64,000 nucleotides of DNA from Thermoanaerobaculia bacterium (GCA_963666565.1 OY762911.1:768001-832000), one strand, 5' to 3'. Positions 23,407 to 35,364 are shown, counted from the stretch's first letter. Notes: generated by a model from the letters alone, not told the origin. Translations and numbers: made by a program.

Positions 23407-25143
23407 TCAGCGCTGGGCGACGAGGCCGGACCCGCGGCGGCGGGCCGGCCGGCCCTGCTCCATGCGGCGGTCCAGCAGATCCTCCGCCTCGTCCAGCAGT
23501 TCGAGGGCGCGCGCGAGCTGGTTGTCGAGTTCCCGCTCGGCCTTGAAGCCCTCGGTCAGGCCGAAGGCGGTGTTGAAGATCTCGTAGCGGAGCCGGATGC
23601 GGGCGTGGCGCTCGACGGCCGGGTTCTCCAGCGCCTCGTCGAGCTCTTCGCGCGAGACGAGATCCTCCTCGACGATCCAGTCCCAGAACCGTTCCAGGTA
23701 GTCGTCGGCCGGCGCCCAGTCCGTGGAGTCGACTCCCTCGGGCACTCCCTGCTCGAACGGGAAGCGGTGAAAGCCGCTCTGCGCCCGCAGGCGGGAGATG
23801 ACGGGCGGATCGTCCTCCAGGGACACGACGTAATCGGGCGTTACGCCGCCGCCGCCGTAGACCTCGCGGCCGAGATCCGTGTAGAAGACGGGGCGCTCCT
23901 CGCTCTCCGGGCCGCCGAGCCCGGGCGTCGCCGCCGCGCCGCCGCCGGCGTCGCCTTCTCCGGCGTTGCCGCCGTTTTCGCCATCCGCGGCGCCGCCGTT
24001 CGCATCGCCGCTGGCGCCCGCGTCGTCGTCGCCGTTGCCGCCGTCCGCGTCGTAGCCCGTGTAGTAGTCCCAGTACGAGGAGTAGTCGCGCTGGATCAGC
24101 CGCCCAGCCGGCGTGTAGTAGCGCGCCGTGGTCAGGGCCAGCCCGGCGCCGTAGGACAGTTCGTAGACCGTCTGCACCAGGCCCTTGCCCCAGGTCGACT
24201 CCCCGACGACCAGGCCCACGTCGTGGTCCTGGATCGCGCCCGACACGATCTCGGAGGCGGACGCGGAACCGGCGTTCACCAGCACGACGACAGGCAGCCC
24301 GAGCGGTTCGTAGCGGCCCGTGGACCGGTACGACTGGCGGGAGCTGTCGATCCGCCCCCGCGTCTCGACGATCGTGCTGCCGGGAGGCACGAACTGGTCG
24401 GAGACCTCGATCGCCTGGTCGAGCAGGCCGCCGCCGTTGTAGCGCAGGTCGAGGATCAGCCGCTTCATGCCCTGCTCCCTGAGGTCGGCCAGGGCGCGAG
24501 CGACCTCGCCGCCGGTCGAACGGGAGAAGTCGGTGATCCAGAGGAAGCCGGTCTCCGGCGTCAGCATGTGGGCGTGGCGCACCGTCTCCTGCGGGATCTC
24601 GGCCCGGGTCACCGTGACCTCCAGGGGCTCGTCGAAGCCCGGCCGCAGCAGCGTCACCGTGACGTCCGTTCCCTTCGGCCCCTTGAGCTTGCGGATCGCC
24701 TCGTTCGGGTGCATCTCCTCCGTCGGCTCGCCGTCGATCAGGTGGATGATGTCGCCGGCCCGGATGCCCTTCTCGTAGCCGGGCGTCCCCTCGATCGGCG
24801 AGATGACGGTCAGGCGGCCGTTCCGCGTGCCGACGTAGATGCCCAGGCCGTAGAAGGAACTCTGCTGCCGCTCGCGCATCGTGTCGTAGGCGACCGGCGG
24901 CAGGAAGCTCGTGTGGGGGTCGAGGTTGCGCAGCATGCCCCCGATCGAGGCGTAGACGAGATCCCGGTAGGTAACGTCCGGGACGGCGTAGTTCGCATGG
25001 GCCGCCTCGACCAGTTCGGTGTACATGCGGACCTGCGCGAGTTCCTCGGCGTGGATCGCCAGCAGGTTGCCGCCCGCGAGGCCGCCGGCGAGGACGGCCG
25101 CGGCGACGAAGACGAGTGCCAGGTTGCGCCAGGTTCGATTCAC
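23407..25143 (-). CDS. ctpA: S41 family C-terminal processing peptidase
   Basis: LDPHT, PDZ GLGI, DLRYNGGG, SASASEI and WGKGLVQ; GTG start estimated. Confidence 0.9.
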   Translation of the reverse strand: MNRTWRNLALVFVAAAVLAGGLAGGNLLAIHAEELAQVRMYTELVEAAHANYAVPDVTYRDLVYASIGGMLRNLDPHTSFLPPVAYDTMRERQQSSFYGLGIYVGTRNGRLTVISPIEGTPGYEKGIRAGDIIHLIDGEPTEEMHPNEAIRKLKGPKGTDVTVTLLRPGFDEPLEVTVTRAEIPQETVRHAHMLTPETGFLWITDFSRSTGGEVARALADLREQGMKRLILDLRYNGGGLLDQAIEVSDQFVPPGSTIVETRGRIDSSRQSYRSTGRYEPLGLPVVVLVNAGSASASEIVSGAIQDHDVGLVVGESTWGKGLVQTVYELSYGAGLALTTARYYTPAGRLIQRDYSSYWDYYTGYDADGGNGDDDAGASGDANGGAADGENGGNAGEGDAGGGAAATPGLGGPESEERPVFYTDLGREVYGGGGVTPDYVVSLEDDPPVISRLRAQSGFHRFPFEQGVPEGVDSTDWAPADDYLERFWDWIVEEDLVSREELDEALENPAVERHARIRLRYEIFNTAFGLTEGFKAERELDNQLARALELLDEAEDLLDRRMEQGRPARRRGSGLVAQR

Positions 25144-25225
25144 GGTTTCACCGCGGGCCGCCGCCCGGTGGCGACGGGAAGCGGGCATTGTACCAGCGAG
25201 CGAGCGGCGACGGCGTGGCGGCGGT

Positions 25226-25281
25226 GCGCGTACCCGCCCGTCCTGGGTCAGGAGGGGTCGGCGCCGACTGGGCTGGACGTT
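25226..25281. repeat. Second repeat family, copy downstream of tatC
   Basis: CCCGCCCGTCCTGGGTCAGGAGGGGTCGGCGCCGACTGGGCTGGACGT matches inverted segments at 26675-26867. Confidence 0.65.
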
Positions 25282-25334
25282 GTTGCCGGCCGCGCTGCAG
25301 CGCAGGAGCGCAGCCCCGAAGCGGCACACGCGAA

Positions 25335-26201
25335 TCAGTCGTCTTGCTCCTCCTCGATGCGCTTGCGCCGACGCTGCACAAGCGCCGAGGCGCCGACGCC
25401 CACCAGGTACAGGAGTATCGTGGGTCCCGCAACGATCGTCATGTTCACCACGTCCGGCGTCGGCGTGATCACGGCGGAGATGACGATGATGATGAGCACC
25501 GCCCAGCGGAAGTGCCTCATCAGGAACCGCGGCGTCACCACCCCGAGCTGCGACAGCATGAAGATGACGATGGGAAGCTGGAACATGACCGCCAGCCCGA
25601 GCAGCACGTTGACCGCGAAGCTGAAGTAGCGCTCGATCCGGATGTCGGCGTCCCAGTTCGCGTTGAGGCCCATCTGGACCAGGAACTCGGTCGCGAAGGG
25701 GAGGGCGACGAAGTAGCCGAAGGCGCCGCCGCCGATGAAGAAGAGGGAACCGAAGAAGACGAAGGGGATCGCGTAGCGCTTCTCGCGGCGGTAGAGGCCC
25801 GGCGCCACGAACCCCCAGAGCTGGGCGACGAGGTAGGGCGACGAAACGAAGACGGCCGCCAGCAGCGCCACCTTCACCTGCACGACGAACGGATCCGCGA
25901 CGCCGTCGAAGACAAGCTGATCGATGTGGGGCTCGATCGGCTTGGCCAGCAGGTTGTAGATCTCCTCGGCGAACGCGAAGCAGCCGAAGAACGCGACCAC
26001 GACGACGATCAGCGTGCGCAGGATGCGGCGGCGCAGCTCGTCGAGGTGCTCGAGCAGCGTCATCCGCGGAAGCTCTTCGTCCTCCGCCTCGGGGCGCTTC
26101 CTGCCCTGCCCCTTCTCGGGCAAGCGCTCTTCGGGCAACCGCTCCGGCGCCGACTCTTCGGGCGGCTGGACCGGGGCGTCGTCCTCAGACTGCGGGGTCA
26201 C
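25335..26201 (-). CDS. tatC: Twin-arginine translocase subunit TatC
   Basis: [25 protein letters not shown] and ITPTPD. Confidence 0.95.
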   Translation of the reverse strand: MTPQSEDDAPVQPPEESAPERLPEERLPEKGQGRKRPEAEDEELPRMTLLEHLDELRRRILRTLIVVVVAFFGCFAFAEEIYNLLAKPIEPHIDQLVFDGVADPFVVQVKVALLAAVFVSSPYLVAQLWGFVAPGLYRREKRYAIPFVFFGSLFFIGGGAFGYFVALPFATEFLVQMGLNANWDADIRIERYFSFAVNVLLGLAVMFQLPIVIFMLSQLGVVTPRFLMRHFRWAVLIIIVISAVITPTPDVVNMTIVAGPTILLYLVGVGASALVQRRRKRIEEEQDD

Positions 26202-26481
26202 TCGGGGCCCCGGCGCCCGATTCGCGCGGTTTCTTCGAACTGCTCGAACTCGACCCGCCCGCACTCCTGGCGGAAGCGTCGATCCGGCGCGCCGGCGACG
26301 GCCGCTTCTCCTCGTCGAGTTCGACGTCGATCGACCGCTTCAGGTCGCTGGTGGCGCGCCTGAACTCGGCCATCCCCCGGCCGAGCGTGCGGCCGAGCTC
26401 GGGCAGCTTCCTGGGGCCGAAAATGAGCAGGGCCGCCGCCATGATGAACAATGCCTCCTGCATGCCGATCGGGCCGAACAT
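26185..26481 (-). CDS. tatA: Twin-arginine translocase TatA/TatB subunit
   Basis: IG..E...I...[25 protein letters not shown]. Confidence 0.88.
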   Translation of the reverse strand: MFGPIGMQEALFIMAAALLIFGPRKLPELGRTLGRGMAEFRRATSDLKRSIDVELDEEKRPSPARRIDASARSAGGSSSSSSKKPRESGAGAPSDPAV

Positions 26482-26571
26482 GGGCCGGCATGATACGCCA
26501 ACCGCACGGCTGGTGGATCGAGGAGGAGGAAGAAGACCGACTCGCGCTTACCGCTTCGCGGCGGGCTTCTT

Positions 26572-26986
26572 GGCCGCCTGCGGCGGCATGCGGGTCAGAA
26601 AGACCCGCGCACCCAGTGGCACTGGCCCGTGCGTCAGCCCGCTCGGCAACGACGTCGAGCCCCGGTCCACACCGACGTCCAGCCCAGTCGGGGCAGGAGG
26701 GGTCGGCGCCCAGGTGCCTCTGAACGAGCGACGGCCGATGACGTTGCAGTCACCGACGCCCAACCGGAGCGAGTGAAGCGGAGCAAGCGCAACCCCGCCC
26801 GTCTCCTCTGGAGCGCGCGCGTCACCTGGGCGCCGACCCCTCCGGCCCCAAGACGGGCGGGTGCGTGCTCCGCCGCGGCGCTGCCGTGCTGCGTAGGCCG
26901 GACAAAAGGGCCGCCGGCCGAAGGCCGGCGACGATTCTGTCGGCCGCCTGCGGCGGCATGCGGGTCAGAAGACCCGCGCACCCAGC
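26572..26986. repeat. Composite intergenic region: two REP-like copies flanking an inverted pair of the second repeat family
   Basis: REP copies at ~26589-26617 and ~26959-26986; GGGGTCGGCGCCCAGGTG (26699-26716) is the inverse of CACCTGGGCGCCGACCCC (26823-26840). Confidence 0.75.
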
Positions 26987-26990
26987 GGGG

Positions 26991-27485
26991 TTACGAAACC
27001 GGGCCGAGGGCCTCGACGATGCGGTCGACCAGCTCGCGGGCGGCGCCGCGGCCGCCGCGGGCGTCGAGCACGAGGTCGACGTTGTCGCGCACTTCCTGCA
27101 CGGCGTCGGCCGGGGCCGCGGACAGGCCCGCGGCACGCAGGACCGGCAGGTCGACCAAGTCGTCGCCGACGTAGGCGACCTCGGACGCTTCGAGTCCGCG
27201 GCGCTCCAGCAGGTCGGCGAAGGCCGCGGCCTTGTCGCGGCAGCCCAGGAGAACCTCGTCGAAGCCGAGGTCGGCGGCGCGGCGCGCCACCGCGGGCGAG
27301 TCGCGCCTGGCGCTCAGAAGGCCGACGCCGAGGCCGGCCTCTCGCGCGCGCCCCACGGCCACGCCGTCCCTCGTGTCGAACGCCACCGCCACCTCGTCGC
27401 CGACGTAGTAGAGCCGGCCGTCCGTCAGCACGCCGTCGACGTCGAACAACAGGAAGCGAAGCCGCAGGACAACGGAGGAGAGCAT
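26991..27485 (-). CDS. kdsC: KDO 8-phosphate phosphatase
   Basis: DVDGVLTDG, F..RDG, YVGDDLVD and GGRGAARE. Confidence 0.92.
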   Translation of the reverse strand: MLSSVVLRLRFLLFDVDGVLTDGRLYYVGDEVAVAFDTRDGVAVGRAREAGLGVGLLSARRDSPAVARRAADLGFDEVLLGCRDKAAAFADLLERRGLEASEVAYVGDDLVDLPVLRAAGLSAAPADAVQEVRDNVDLVLDARGGRGAARELVDRIVEALGPVS

Positions 27486-27500
27486 CGACGGAACAGCCTC

Positions 27501-28559
27501 CTAACGGCGCCGGAGGCCCCAGAGGTCGTGAACGTGGACGAGGCCCCGGAGGCGGCCGTCGCCGCCGGTGACGAAGAGGGACGTGATGCGGTGCCGCTCC
27601 ATCGACTCCACCGCGACGGAGACCAGGGCGTCCGCGGGAATCGTCTTCGGCTCCGGCGTCATGTAGTTGCGGACCGCGCGGTCGAGGAAGGCGCCGCCGC
27701 CCGCCCCCGCCGCGGCTGCCGCGTTCAGCAGCCGCCGCAGGTCGCCGTCCGAGATCACGCCGCGGAGCGCCCCCGCGTCGTCCAGGACCGCCGTGATGCC
27801 GAACGACTTCTCCGTCATCTCGAACAGCGCCTCGCGCAGCGGCGACTCGAGCTCCACCCGGGGCAGCGCGTCGCCGCGGTGCATCACCTGCTCCACCGTC
27901 ATCAGCCGTCGGCCGAGCGCGCCGCCGGGATGCAGCGTCGCGAAGTCCTCCAGCGTGAAGCCGCGGGCCTCGAGCAGGGCCATCGCCAGCGCGTCGCCCA
28001 GAGCCAGGGTCGCGGTCGTCGAGGCGGTGGGCGCCAGGTTCAGGGGGCACGCCTCCTGGTCGATCGCCGCCGAGAGGTGCAGGTCGGCCCGCTCGGCGAG
28101 CGTGCTCCGGGCGGCGCCGGTGATTGCGATCAGCGGCACGCCCCGGCGGTGCAGCACGTCGGTCATCCGGAGGAGCTCTTCCGTGCCGCCGGACGACGAC
28201 GCGGCCAGCACGACGTCGCCGGGCACGATCATGCCGAGGTCGCCGTGGATCGCCTCGGCCGGGTGGATGAAGAGCGCCGGCGTCCCCGTCGAAGACAGGG
28301 TCGCCGCGACCTTCTTCATCACGTGGCCGCTCTTGCCCATGCCGGTGCAGACGACCCGCCCCCGGCAGTCGCGCATCCGCCGCACGGCCTCGCCGAACTC
28401 GTCGCCGAGCTGGCCGATCAGGCCCTCGATCGCGGCCGCCTCGATCGCCAGCACCTTGCGGGCGATCTCCAGGCTGCGGTCCTCGCCGGCCGCCGGCGCC
28501 GCAGGCGCCGCGCCCGTCACAGCCGCCGCGACCCCCGCCGCCACGTTCGCCCCGGTCAC
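27501..28559 (-). CDS. kdsD: Arabinose 5-phosphate isomerase (KpsF/GutQ)
   Basis: GMGKSG, HPAEAIHGDLG, EACPLNLAPT, HPGGALG and CBS pair. Confidence 0.94.
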   Translation of the reverse strand: MTGANVAAGVAAAVTGAAPAAPAAGEDRSLEIARKVLAIEAAAIEGLIGQLGDEFGEAVRRMRDCRGRVVCTGMGKSGHVMKKVAATLSSTGTPALFIHPAEAIHGDLGMIVPGDVVLAASSSGGTEELLRMTDVLHRRGVPLIAITGAARSTLAERADLHLSAAIDQEACPLNLAPTASTTATLALGDALAMALLEARGFTLEDFATLHPGGALGRRLMTVEQVMHRGDALPRVELESPLREALFEMTEKSFGITAVLDDAGALRGVISDGDLRRLLNAAAAAGAGGGAFLDRAVRNYMTPEPKTIPADALVSVAVESMERHRITSLFVTGGDGRLRGLVHVHDLWGLRRR

Positions 28560-29392
28560 GCCCAGGCCCCTTCCGCCGCCCGCGCGCGGTGGATCTCGAG
28601 CGCCGACAGCAGCAGGTTCTCGGCCCGCCGAAGCGGCAACTGAGTCTCCCGGTCGCAGCGCGCGGCGTCCGGGTCGGGGTGCGTCTCCAGGTAGAGGCCG
28701 GCCGCGCCGGCGGCGACGGCGGCCCGCGTCAGCGGTTCGGCGAAGCGGCGGTCGCCGCCGCTCTCTCGTTCGCGCGCGCCGGGAAGCTGCAGCGAGTGGG
28801 TCACGTCGTAGAGAACGGCGATCCCGTTCTCGGCCAGGATCCGGAAGCTCCGCATGTCGACAACCAGGTTCCGGTAGCCGAACGAACTGCCGCGCTCGGT
28901 GACGGCGACCCGTGCGTTGCCGGTCGCGCGCGCCTTGTCGACCGCCCGCACCATGTCGTCGGGCGCCATGAACTGGCCCTTCTTCACCAGGAGCGGACGG
29001 CCGGTGGCAGCGGCCTCGGTCACGAGGTCGGTCTGCCGGCAGAGGAAGGCCGGGATCTGGAGCGCGTCGCACACCTCGGCGGCGGCGCCGCACTGGCCCG
29101 GCTCGTGGACGTCCGTCAGCACGGGGAGGCCGGTGACCTCCTTGACCTCCCGGAGCGCGGCCAGGCCCTCGTCGAGTCCGGGACCGCGGAAGCTGTCGCC
29201 CGAGCTGCGGTTCGCCTTGTCGAAGGAGGACTTGAAGATCAGCGGCAGGCCCAGGCGGTGGCTCATCGCCTGGAGTTCCTGGCCGAAGCCGACCAGCCAG
29301 TCGCGGCCCTCGATCACGCAGGGGCCGGCGATCGCCGGCAACGCGCCGCCGCCGAGCGCGACCCCCGGCGCGAGCTCGAAGCCGTCCGTCAA
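28556..29392 (-). CDS. kdsA: KDO 8-phosphate synthase
   Basis: AGPCVIE, FDKANRSS, QIPAFLCRQTDL, KKGQF and ERG..FGY. Confidence 0.96.
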   Translation of the reverse strand: MTDGFELAPGVALGGGALPAIAGPCVIEGRDWLVGFGQELQAMSHRLGLPLIFKSSFDKANRSSGDSFRGPGLDEGLAALREVKEVTGLPVLTDVHEPGQCGAAAEVCDALQIPAFLCRQTDLVTEAAATGRPLLVKKGQFMAPDDMVRAVDKARATGNARVAVTERGSSFGYRNLVVDMRSFRILAENGIAVLYDVTHSLQLPGARERESGGDRRFAEPLTRAAVAAGAAGLYLETHPDPDAARCDRETQLPLRRAENLLLSALEIHRARAAEGAWA

Positions 29393-29399
29393 GGCGCCC

Positions 29400-31085
<1,686 letters not shown>

Positions 31086-31123
31086 CTAAACCTCGTCCTG
31101 TCCTGTCCCTGTTCGTCGGCGAC

Positions 31124-31921
31124 TCACGATGGCGGCGCCCCGGAACCCTCGGGCGACTCGGCCCGCATCCGCCGCTCCGCCGTCGCCAGGTCCATCGGCG
31201 TATCGACGCCCAGCGGCGCCTCGTCGACCGGCAGGACCCGGATGCGGATGCCGTTCTCCAGCGCCCGGAGCTGCTCCAGGCTTTCGCTGCGCTCGAGCGG
31301 CGACCGGTCCAGGGCGGCGAGCCGCAGGAGGGTCGTGCGGCGGTAGCCGTAGACGCCCACGTGCAGCCGCGCCGGGGCCGGCGGCTTCAGCGCGAGGTCC
31401 TTCCGCCGGCGGAAGGGAATCGCCGCGCGGCTGAAGTAGAGGGCGTAGCCGTCGACGCCGCAGACGACCTTGACCTGGTTCGGATCCCGCAGCGCCCTGT
31501 CGTCGACGTCGGCGGCCAGGGTCGCCATCTCCTCCTCGGGGTGCGCCCGCAGGTGCGCCGCGAGTTCCGTGACGGCCGCGGGATCGAGCAGCGGCTCGTC
31601 GCCCTGCACGTTGACGATGGCGTCCGCCCGCCAGTCGCGCGCCGCCCAGGCGATCCGGTCGGTGCCGCTCTGGCAGTCCCCGGGCGTCATCTCGCAGAGA
31701 CCGCCGAAGCCCTCCACCGTGCGGAAGATTTCCTCGTGATCCGTCAGCACGACGACGGCGTCGAGGCCGGAGGCCTCGCTCGCTCGCCGGTAGACGTGCT
31801 CGATCATCGGTCGGCCGCAGATCGTCAGCAGAGCCTTCCCGGGCAGTCGAATCGAGTCATGGCGAGCGGGAATGGCACAGACGACGCCGGTCGCGTCTGC
31901 TACGGAACCCGCCTTCGACAC
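31124..31921 (-). CDS. kdsB: CMP-KDO synthetase
   Basis: IPAR..S.RLPGK, SGTDR, NVQGDEP, LYFSR and ESLEQLR. Confidence 0.95.
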   Translation of the reverse strand: MSKAGSVADATGVVCAIPARHDSIRLPGKALLTICGRPMIEHVYRRASEASGLDAVVVLTDHEEIFRTVEGFGGLCEMTPGDCQSGTDRIAWAARDWRADAIVNVQGDEPLLDPAAVTELAAHLRAHPEEEMATLAADVDDRALRDPNQVKVVCGVDGYALYFSRAAIPFRRRKDLALKPPAPARLHVGVYGYRRTTLLRLAALDRSPLERSESLEQLRALENGIRIRVLPVDEAPLGVDTPMDLATAERRMRAESPEGSGAPPS

Positions 31922-31983
31922 GGCCCACCCTACCCGCGCGCCGCGCCGAGGGTCAAACCGACGGCCGGCGGTAGGCTCGCGGC

Positions 31984-32913
31984 GTGCAGAACAGGCATCG
32001 ATCGTGGGCGGCGCCGACGGTGGCCGCCGGGTGCGTGCACGTCGCGTTGCTGGGCGTCGCGCTTGCCCTGTCCGCTTGCGCCGGAACGGCGCCGCCGACC
32101 GGCCCCGCCGAGTGGATCTGGGCCGACGGCGTCGACGCGGCGCCGGGAGAGCCGGCGGCCTACGTGCTGCTGCGCGACTTCGACCTGGAGGCGGCGCCCC
32201 AGGAGGCGGCGCGGCTGTTCGTCGCCGTCGACCGCGAGTACGCGGTGCATCTGAACGGCCGCCAGATCGCGCGCGGCGCCTACCGGCGCGGCGAACCTCT
32301 CGACGAGTACCAGGTCGCCCACCTGCTGCGCGCGGGCTCGAACCGGCTGACGATCGAGGCGCGGACGCCCCACGGCGACGGCGGCGCGCTCGCGGGCATC
32401 GAGCTCCACGACGGCTCGATGCCGGTGGCGACGGACGGCGAGTGGCGGTTCATGGCCGGCTGGGATCCCCGGCTGGTCAAGGGAGAGACTCCGCTGGCGG
32501 AGGCCGGGCCGGCGCTGCGGCCGGTCCGTGTCTGGGGACGGCCGCCGGTGGGCCGCTGGGGCAAGGTGAGCCGCGGCGCAATGCGGAAGCCGGATCAGAT
32601 CTGGCGCGCTGTCCGAGCCCGGCGCATCGTGCGCGTGACGACGTCGCCGGGACTCGACATCGAGCCCGGGATGCGGTCCTCGCACCGCGTGGACTTCGGC
32701 CGGGAGGTGGCGGGCGTGCTGGAACTGGAGCTGAGGCCGGCGGAGGCGGAGGCCCGCCGGGAACTGCGCATCTGCCTGGCCGGCGACTGCGAGCGGCGGC
32801 CGCTGGTGCTGACGCCCGGCCGGCCGGCGTGGCGCGATTCCGGTCCGCGCAGCTTCGACACGGTGATCGTGAGCGGCGTTCCCGGGCTGCGAGCGGTCCG
32901 GGCGCGACGTTAG
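31984..32913 (+). CDS. Putative lipoprotein with an alpha-L-rhamnosidase N-terminal-like / sugar-binding domain
   Basis: Lipobox LSAC; AEWIW; D.EY..HLNG; LLRAGSNRL.IE; VATDGEWR. Confidence 0.55.
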   Translation: MQNRHRSWAAPTVAAGCVHVALLGVALALSACAGTAPPTGPAEWIWADGVDAAPGEPAAYVLLRDFDLEAAPQEAARLFVAVDREYAVHLNGRQIARGAYRRGEPLDEYQVAHLLRAGSNRLTIEARTPHGDGGALAGIELHDGSMPVATDGEWRFMAGWDPRLVKGETPLAEAGPALRPVRVWGRPPVGRWGKVSRGAMRKPDQIWRAVRARRIVRVTTSPGLDIEPGMRSSHRVDFGREVAGVLELELRPAEAEARRELRICLAGDCERRPLVLTPGRPAWRDSGPRSFDTVIVSGVPGLRAVRARR

Positions 32914-32921
32914 CGGCCACC

Positions 32922-32980
32922 GCTGGGTGCGCGGGTCTTCTGACCCGCTGCTGCCGAAGGCGGAAGACCCGCGCACCCGG
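32922..32980. repeat. Inverted pair of REP-like copies between convergent genes
   Basis: CTGGGTGCGCGGGTCTTCTGACCCGC ... GGAAGACCCGCGCACCCGG. Confidence 0.85.
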
Positions 32981-32983
32981 CGG

Positions 32984-33721
32984 TTACGGTTCTTCCCATT
33001 GGATGCCCGCGGGCGGCTGGAAGCGGCCGGGGGGCGCGCCGGAGCGGTAGTCGCCGAGCAGGAACCGGTTCTCGTTGCGCTGGGCGTCGTAGTAGGTCAG
33101 TTCGCGCAAGCGTTGGTCCCCGGCGTCGATCACCACCTGTACTTCGACGACGTCCTCGCTCGGTTCGAGCGGCCGCAGGACGAGGCGCAGGCGGTTCCCC
33201 TCGGCGGCGCCGAGTTCCGCCTCGTAGCGGTCGCGGAGGTCGCCGGTCGCCAGCAGGAAGAAGTCGAGTCCCGGCGCGGGCTGTTCCGAGAGGTCGTAGC
33301 GCTGGCCGACCGGCTCGCCGGGATTCCAGTGGTGGACGGTTCGCCCGCAGAGCAGGAACGCCTTCTCGAAGGGCGGGGAGTAGTCCCAGCGCAGGCAGCC
33401 AGGCAGGTCGATGGCGAGGCTGCCGCGCTCGGTCTCCCCGTCCTCGGGCGCGAAGCCGAAGGGGACGAAGGTCTGCACGAAGCCCGCCGACAGCGGACCC
33501 GAGCCTTCGAGCGCCCGGCGGAAGTCGTCCAGTACGCGCCACGGATCGTCCGCGGCCGGCGCCGATGCGGCGGCGGGCCCCAACGCGGCGCCGAGCGCGG
33601 CAGCCGGCGCGGCGACGGGCCCGACTGCGGAGGCGGCCGCGGCGGCCGGCGCGGCCAGTAGGCAGAGCGCCAGCCCGCGGGCGAGCGCGGCCGCCGGCGC
33701 CGCCCTCCGGTCCGGCTGCAT
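32984..33721 (-). CDS. lolA: LolA-like outer membrane lipoprotein carrier
   Basis: Signal peptide; LSAGFVQT; G.LAIDLPG.LRWDY..P; L.L.P; F....P.G. Confidence 0.7.
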   Translation of the reverse strand: MQPDRRAAPAAALARGLALCLLAAPAAAAASAVGPVAAPAAALGAALGPAAASAPAADDPWRVLDDFRRALEGSGPLSAGFVQTFVPFGFAPEDGETERGSLAIDLPGCLRWDYSPPFEKAFLLCGRTVHHWNPGEPVGQRYDLSEQPAPGLDFFLLATGDLRDRYEAELGAAEGNRLRLVLRPLEPSEDVVEVQVVIDAGDQRLRELTYYDAQRNENRFLLGDYRSGAPPGRFQPPAGIQWEEP

Positions 33722-35295
33722 CAGTGCTTGAAGTGGCGCCGGCCGGTGAGCGCCATCGCGATGCCGTGCTCGTCGGCGGCGGCGACGATCTCGTCGTCGC
33801 GCACCGAGCCGCCCGGCTGGACGATGGCGGCGACGCCGGCGGCGGCCAGGGTGTCGACGCCGTCGCGGAAGGGGAAGAAGGCGTCGGAGGCCGCCACGGT
33901 CCCGGCGAGGTCCAGTTGCGCCTTGTCGAGCGCGATTCGGCAAGAGTCGACGCGGCTCATCTGGCCGGCGCCGATGCCCACCGTCTGGTGCTCGTTCGCG
34001 ACCACGATCGCGTTCGACTTCGTCGCCCGGCAGACCTTCCACGCGAAGTCGAGGGTGCGGAGCTGGCCCGCGTCCGGCCGCGCCCGGGTCGGACAGGTCC
34101 ACTCGGCCGGATCCTCCGGCGCGGCGTCGATCTGCTGGCCCAGGAAGCCGCCCTCGATCGCGCGCAGCTCCCACTGGCCGGCGGCGGGCGTGAAGGGCGG
34201 ACACTCGAGCAGGCGCAGGTTCTTCTTGCGGGCGAGCCGCTCCAGCGCGGCCGGCTCGTAGGACGGCGCCGTCACCACCTCCACGAAGAGCTTGGCCATC
34301 GCTTCGGCGAGAGCGGCGTCGAAGGGCCGGTTGACCGCGACGATCGAACCGAACGCGGACACCGGATCGCAGGCCAGCGCGCGCTCGTAGGCCTCGACCA
34401 GCGAGCCGCCGCGCCCGACGCCGCAGGGGTTGTTGTGCTTGACGATGACCACGGCCGGGTCTTCCTTCGGGCCGTCGAACAGGGCGGACAGCTTGCGCGC
34501 CGCGTCGGCGTCCAGGAGGTTGTTCCAGGAGAGCTCCTTGCCCTGGAGCTGGCGGAAGCCGCCGAGCACGCCGCCGGCACCCGCCTGCCGGTAGACGGCG
34601 GCCGCCTGGTGCGGGTTCTCGCCGTAACGCGGGCGCAGCACCTGCTCCAGCTCCAGGCGCACCGTGGCGGGCAGCGCGCCACTGGGTGCGCGGGTCTTCC
34701 GACCCGCATCCGCGCCGTCTGCGAGCCACTCCGTGATCGCGGCGTCGTAGCTGCGCGTGTGCCGGAACGCCTTCAGCGCCAGCCCGCGGCGGACTTCCTC
34801 GGACAGGCCGCCGTTCTCCAGCGCGGCCAGGACGACCGGGTAGTCGGACGGATCGACCACGACGGCGACGTTGGCGAAGTTCTTCGCCGCCGCCCGGACC
34901 ATGCTGGGACCGCCGATGTCGATCATCTCGACCGTGCCGTCCACCGACGCGTCCGGCGCCGCGGCGGCGTCCGCGAACGGATACAGGTTGACCGCCACCA
35001 GGTCGATGGGCGGAATCGCGTGCTCCTCCAGCTCCTCGCGGTGCTCCGTGCGCCGGCGGTCGGCCAGGATGCCGCCGAAGATCCGCGGATGCAGGCTCTT
35101 GACCCGCCCGTGGAGAATCTCCGGGTGCCCGGTGATCTCGGACACGGCCGTCACCGGCACGCCGTGCTCCGCGAGCCTCCGCGCCGTGCCGCCGGTGGAG
35201 ACGATCTGGACGCCCAGCTTCGCCAGACCCGCGCCCAGATCCTCCAGGCCCGTCTTGTCGAAGACCGAGACGAGTGCGCGGCGGACGGGGAGCAT
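33721..35295 (-). CDS. purH: Bifunctional AICAR transformylase / IMP cyclohydrolase
   Basis: ALVSVFDK, STGGT, GRVKSLHP, IDIGGP, RYGENPHQ, KHNNPCG, SDAFFPF and RHFKH. Confidence 0.97.
   Translation of the reverse strand: MLPVRRALVSVFDKTGLEDLGAGLAKLGVQIVSTGGTARRLAEHGVPVTAVSEITGHPEILHGRVKSLHPRIFGGILADRRRTEHREELEEHAIPPIDLVAVNLYPFADAAAAPDASVDGTVEMIDIGGPSMVRAAAKNFANVAVVVDPSDYPVVLAALENGGLSEEVRRGLALKAFRHTRSYDAAITEWLADGADAGRKTRAPSGALPATVRLELEQVLRPRYGENPHQAAAVYRQAGAGGVLGGFRQLQGKELSWNNLLDADAARKLSALFDGPKEDPAVVIVKHNNPCGVGRGGSLVEAYERALACDPVSAFGSIVAVNRPFDAALAEAMAKLFVEVVTAPSYEPAALERLARKKNLRLLECPPFTPAAGQWELRAIEGGFLGQQIDAAPEDPAEWTCPTRARPDAGQLRTLDFAWKVCRATKSNAIVVANEHQTVGIGAGQMSRVDSCRIALDKAQLDLAGTVAASDAFFPFRDGVDTLAAAGVAAIVQPGGSVRDDEIVAAADEHGIAMALTGRRHFKH
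34681..34712. repeat. REP-like copy in frame inside purH
   Basis: ACTGGGTGCGCGGGTCTTCCGACCCGCATCCG; encodes [10 protein letters not shown]. Confidence 0.9.
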
Positions 35296-35333
35296 CGGAG
35301 GCGGCGCAGCGTAGCACGCGGGCGCCTCTTCCG

Positions 35334-35364
35334 TTGACGGGATCCATCGGTCCCTGCTAGAACT
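35334..35364 (+). promoter_or_regulatory. Putative sigma70 promoter of tRNA-Phe
   Basis: TTGACG, 18-nt spacer, then TAGAAC preceded by TGC. Confidence 0.45.
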
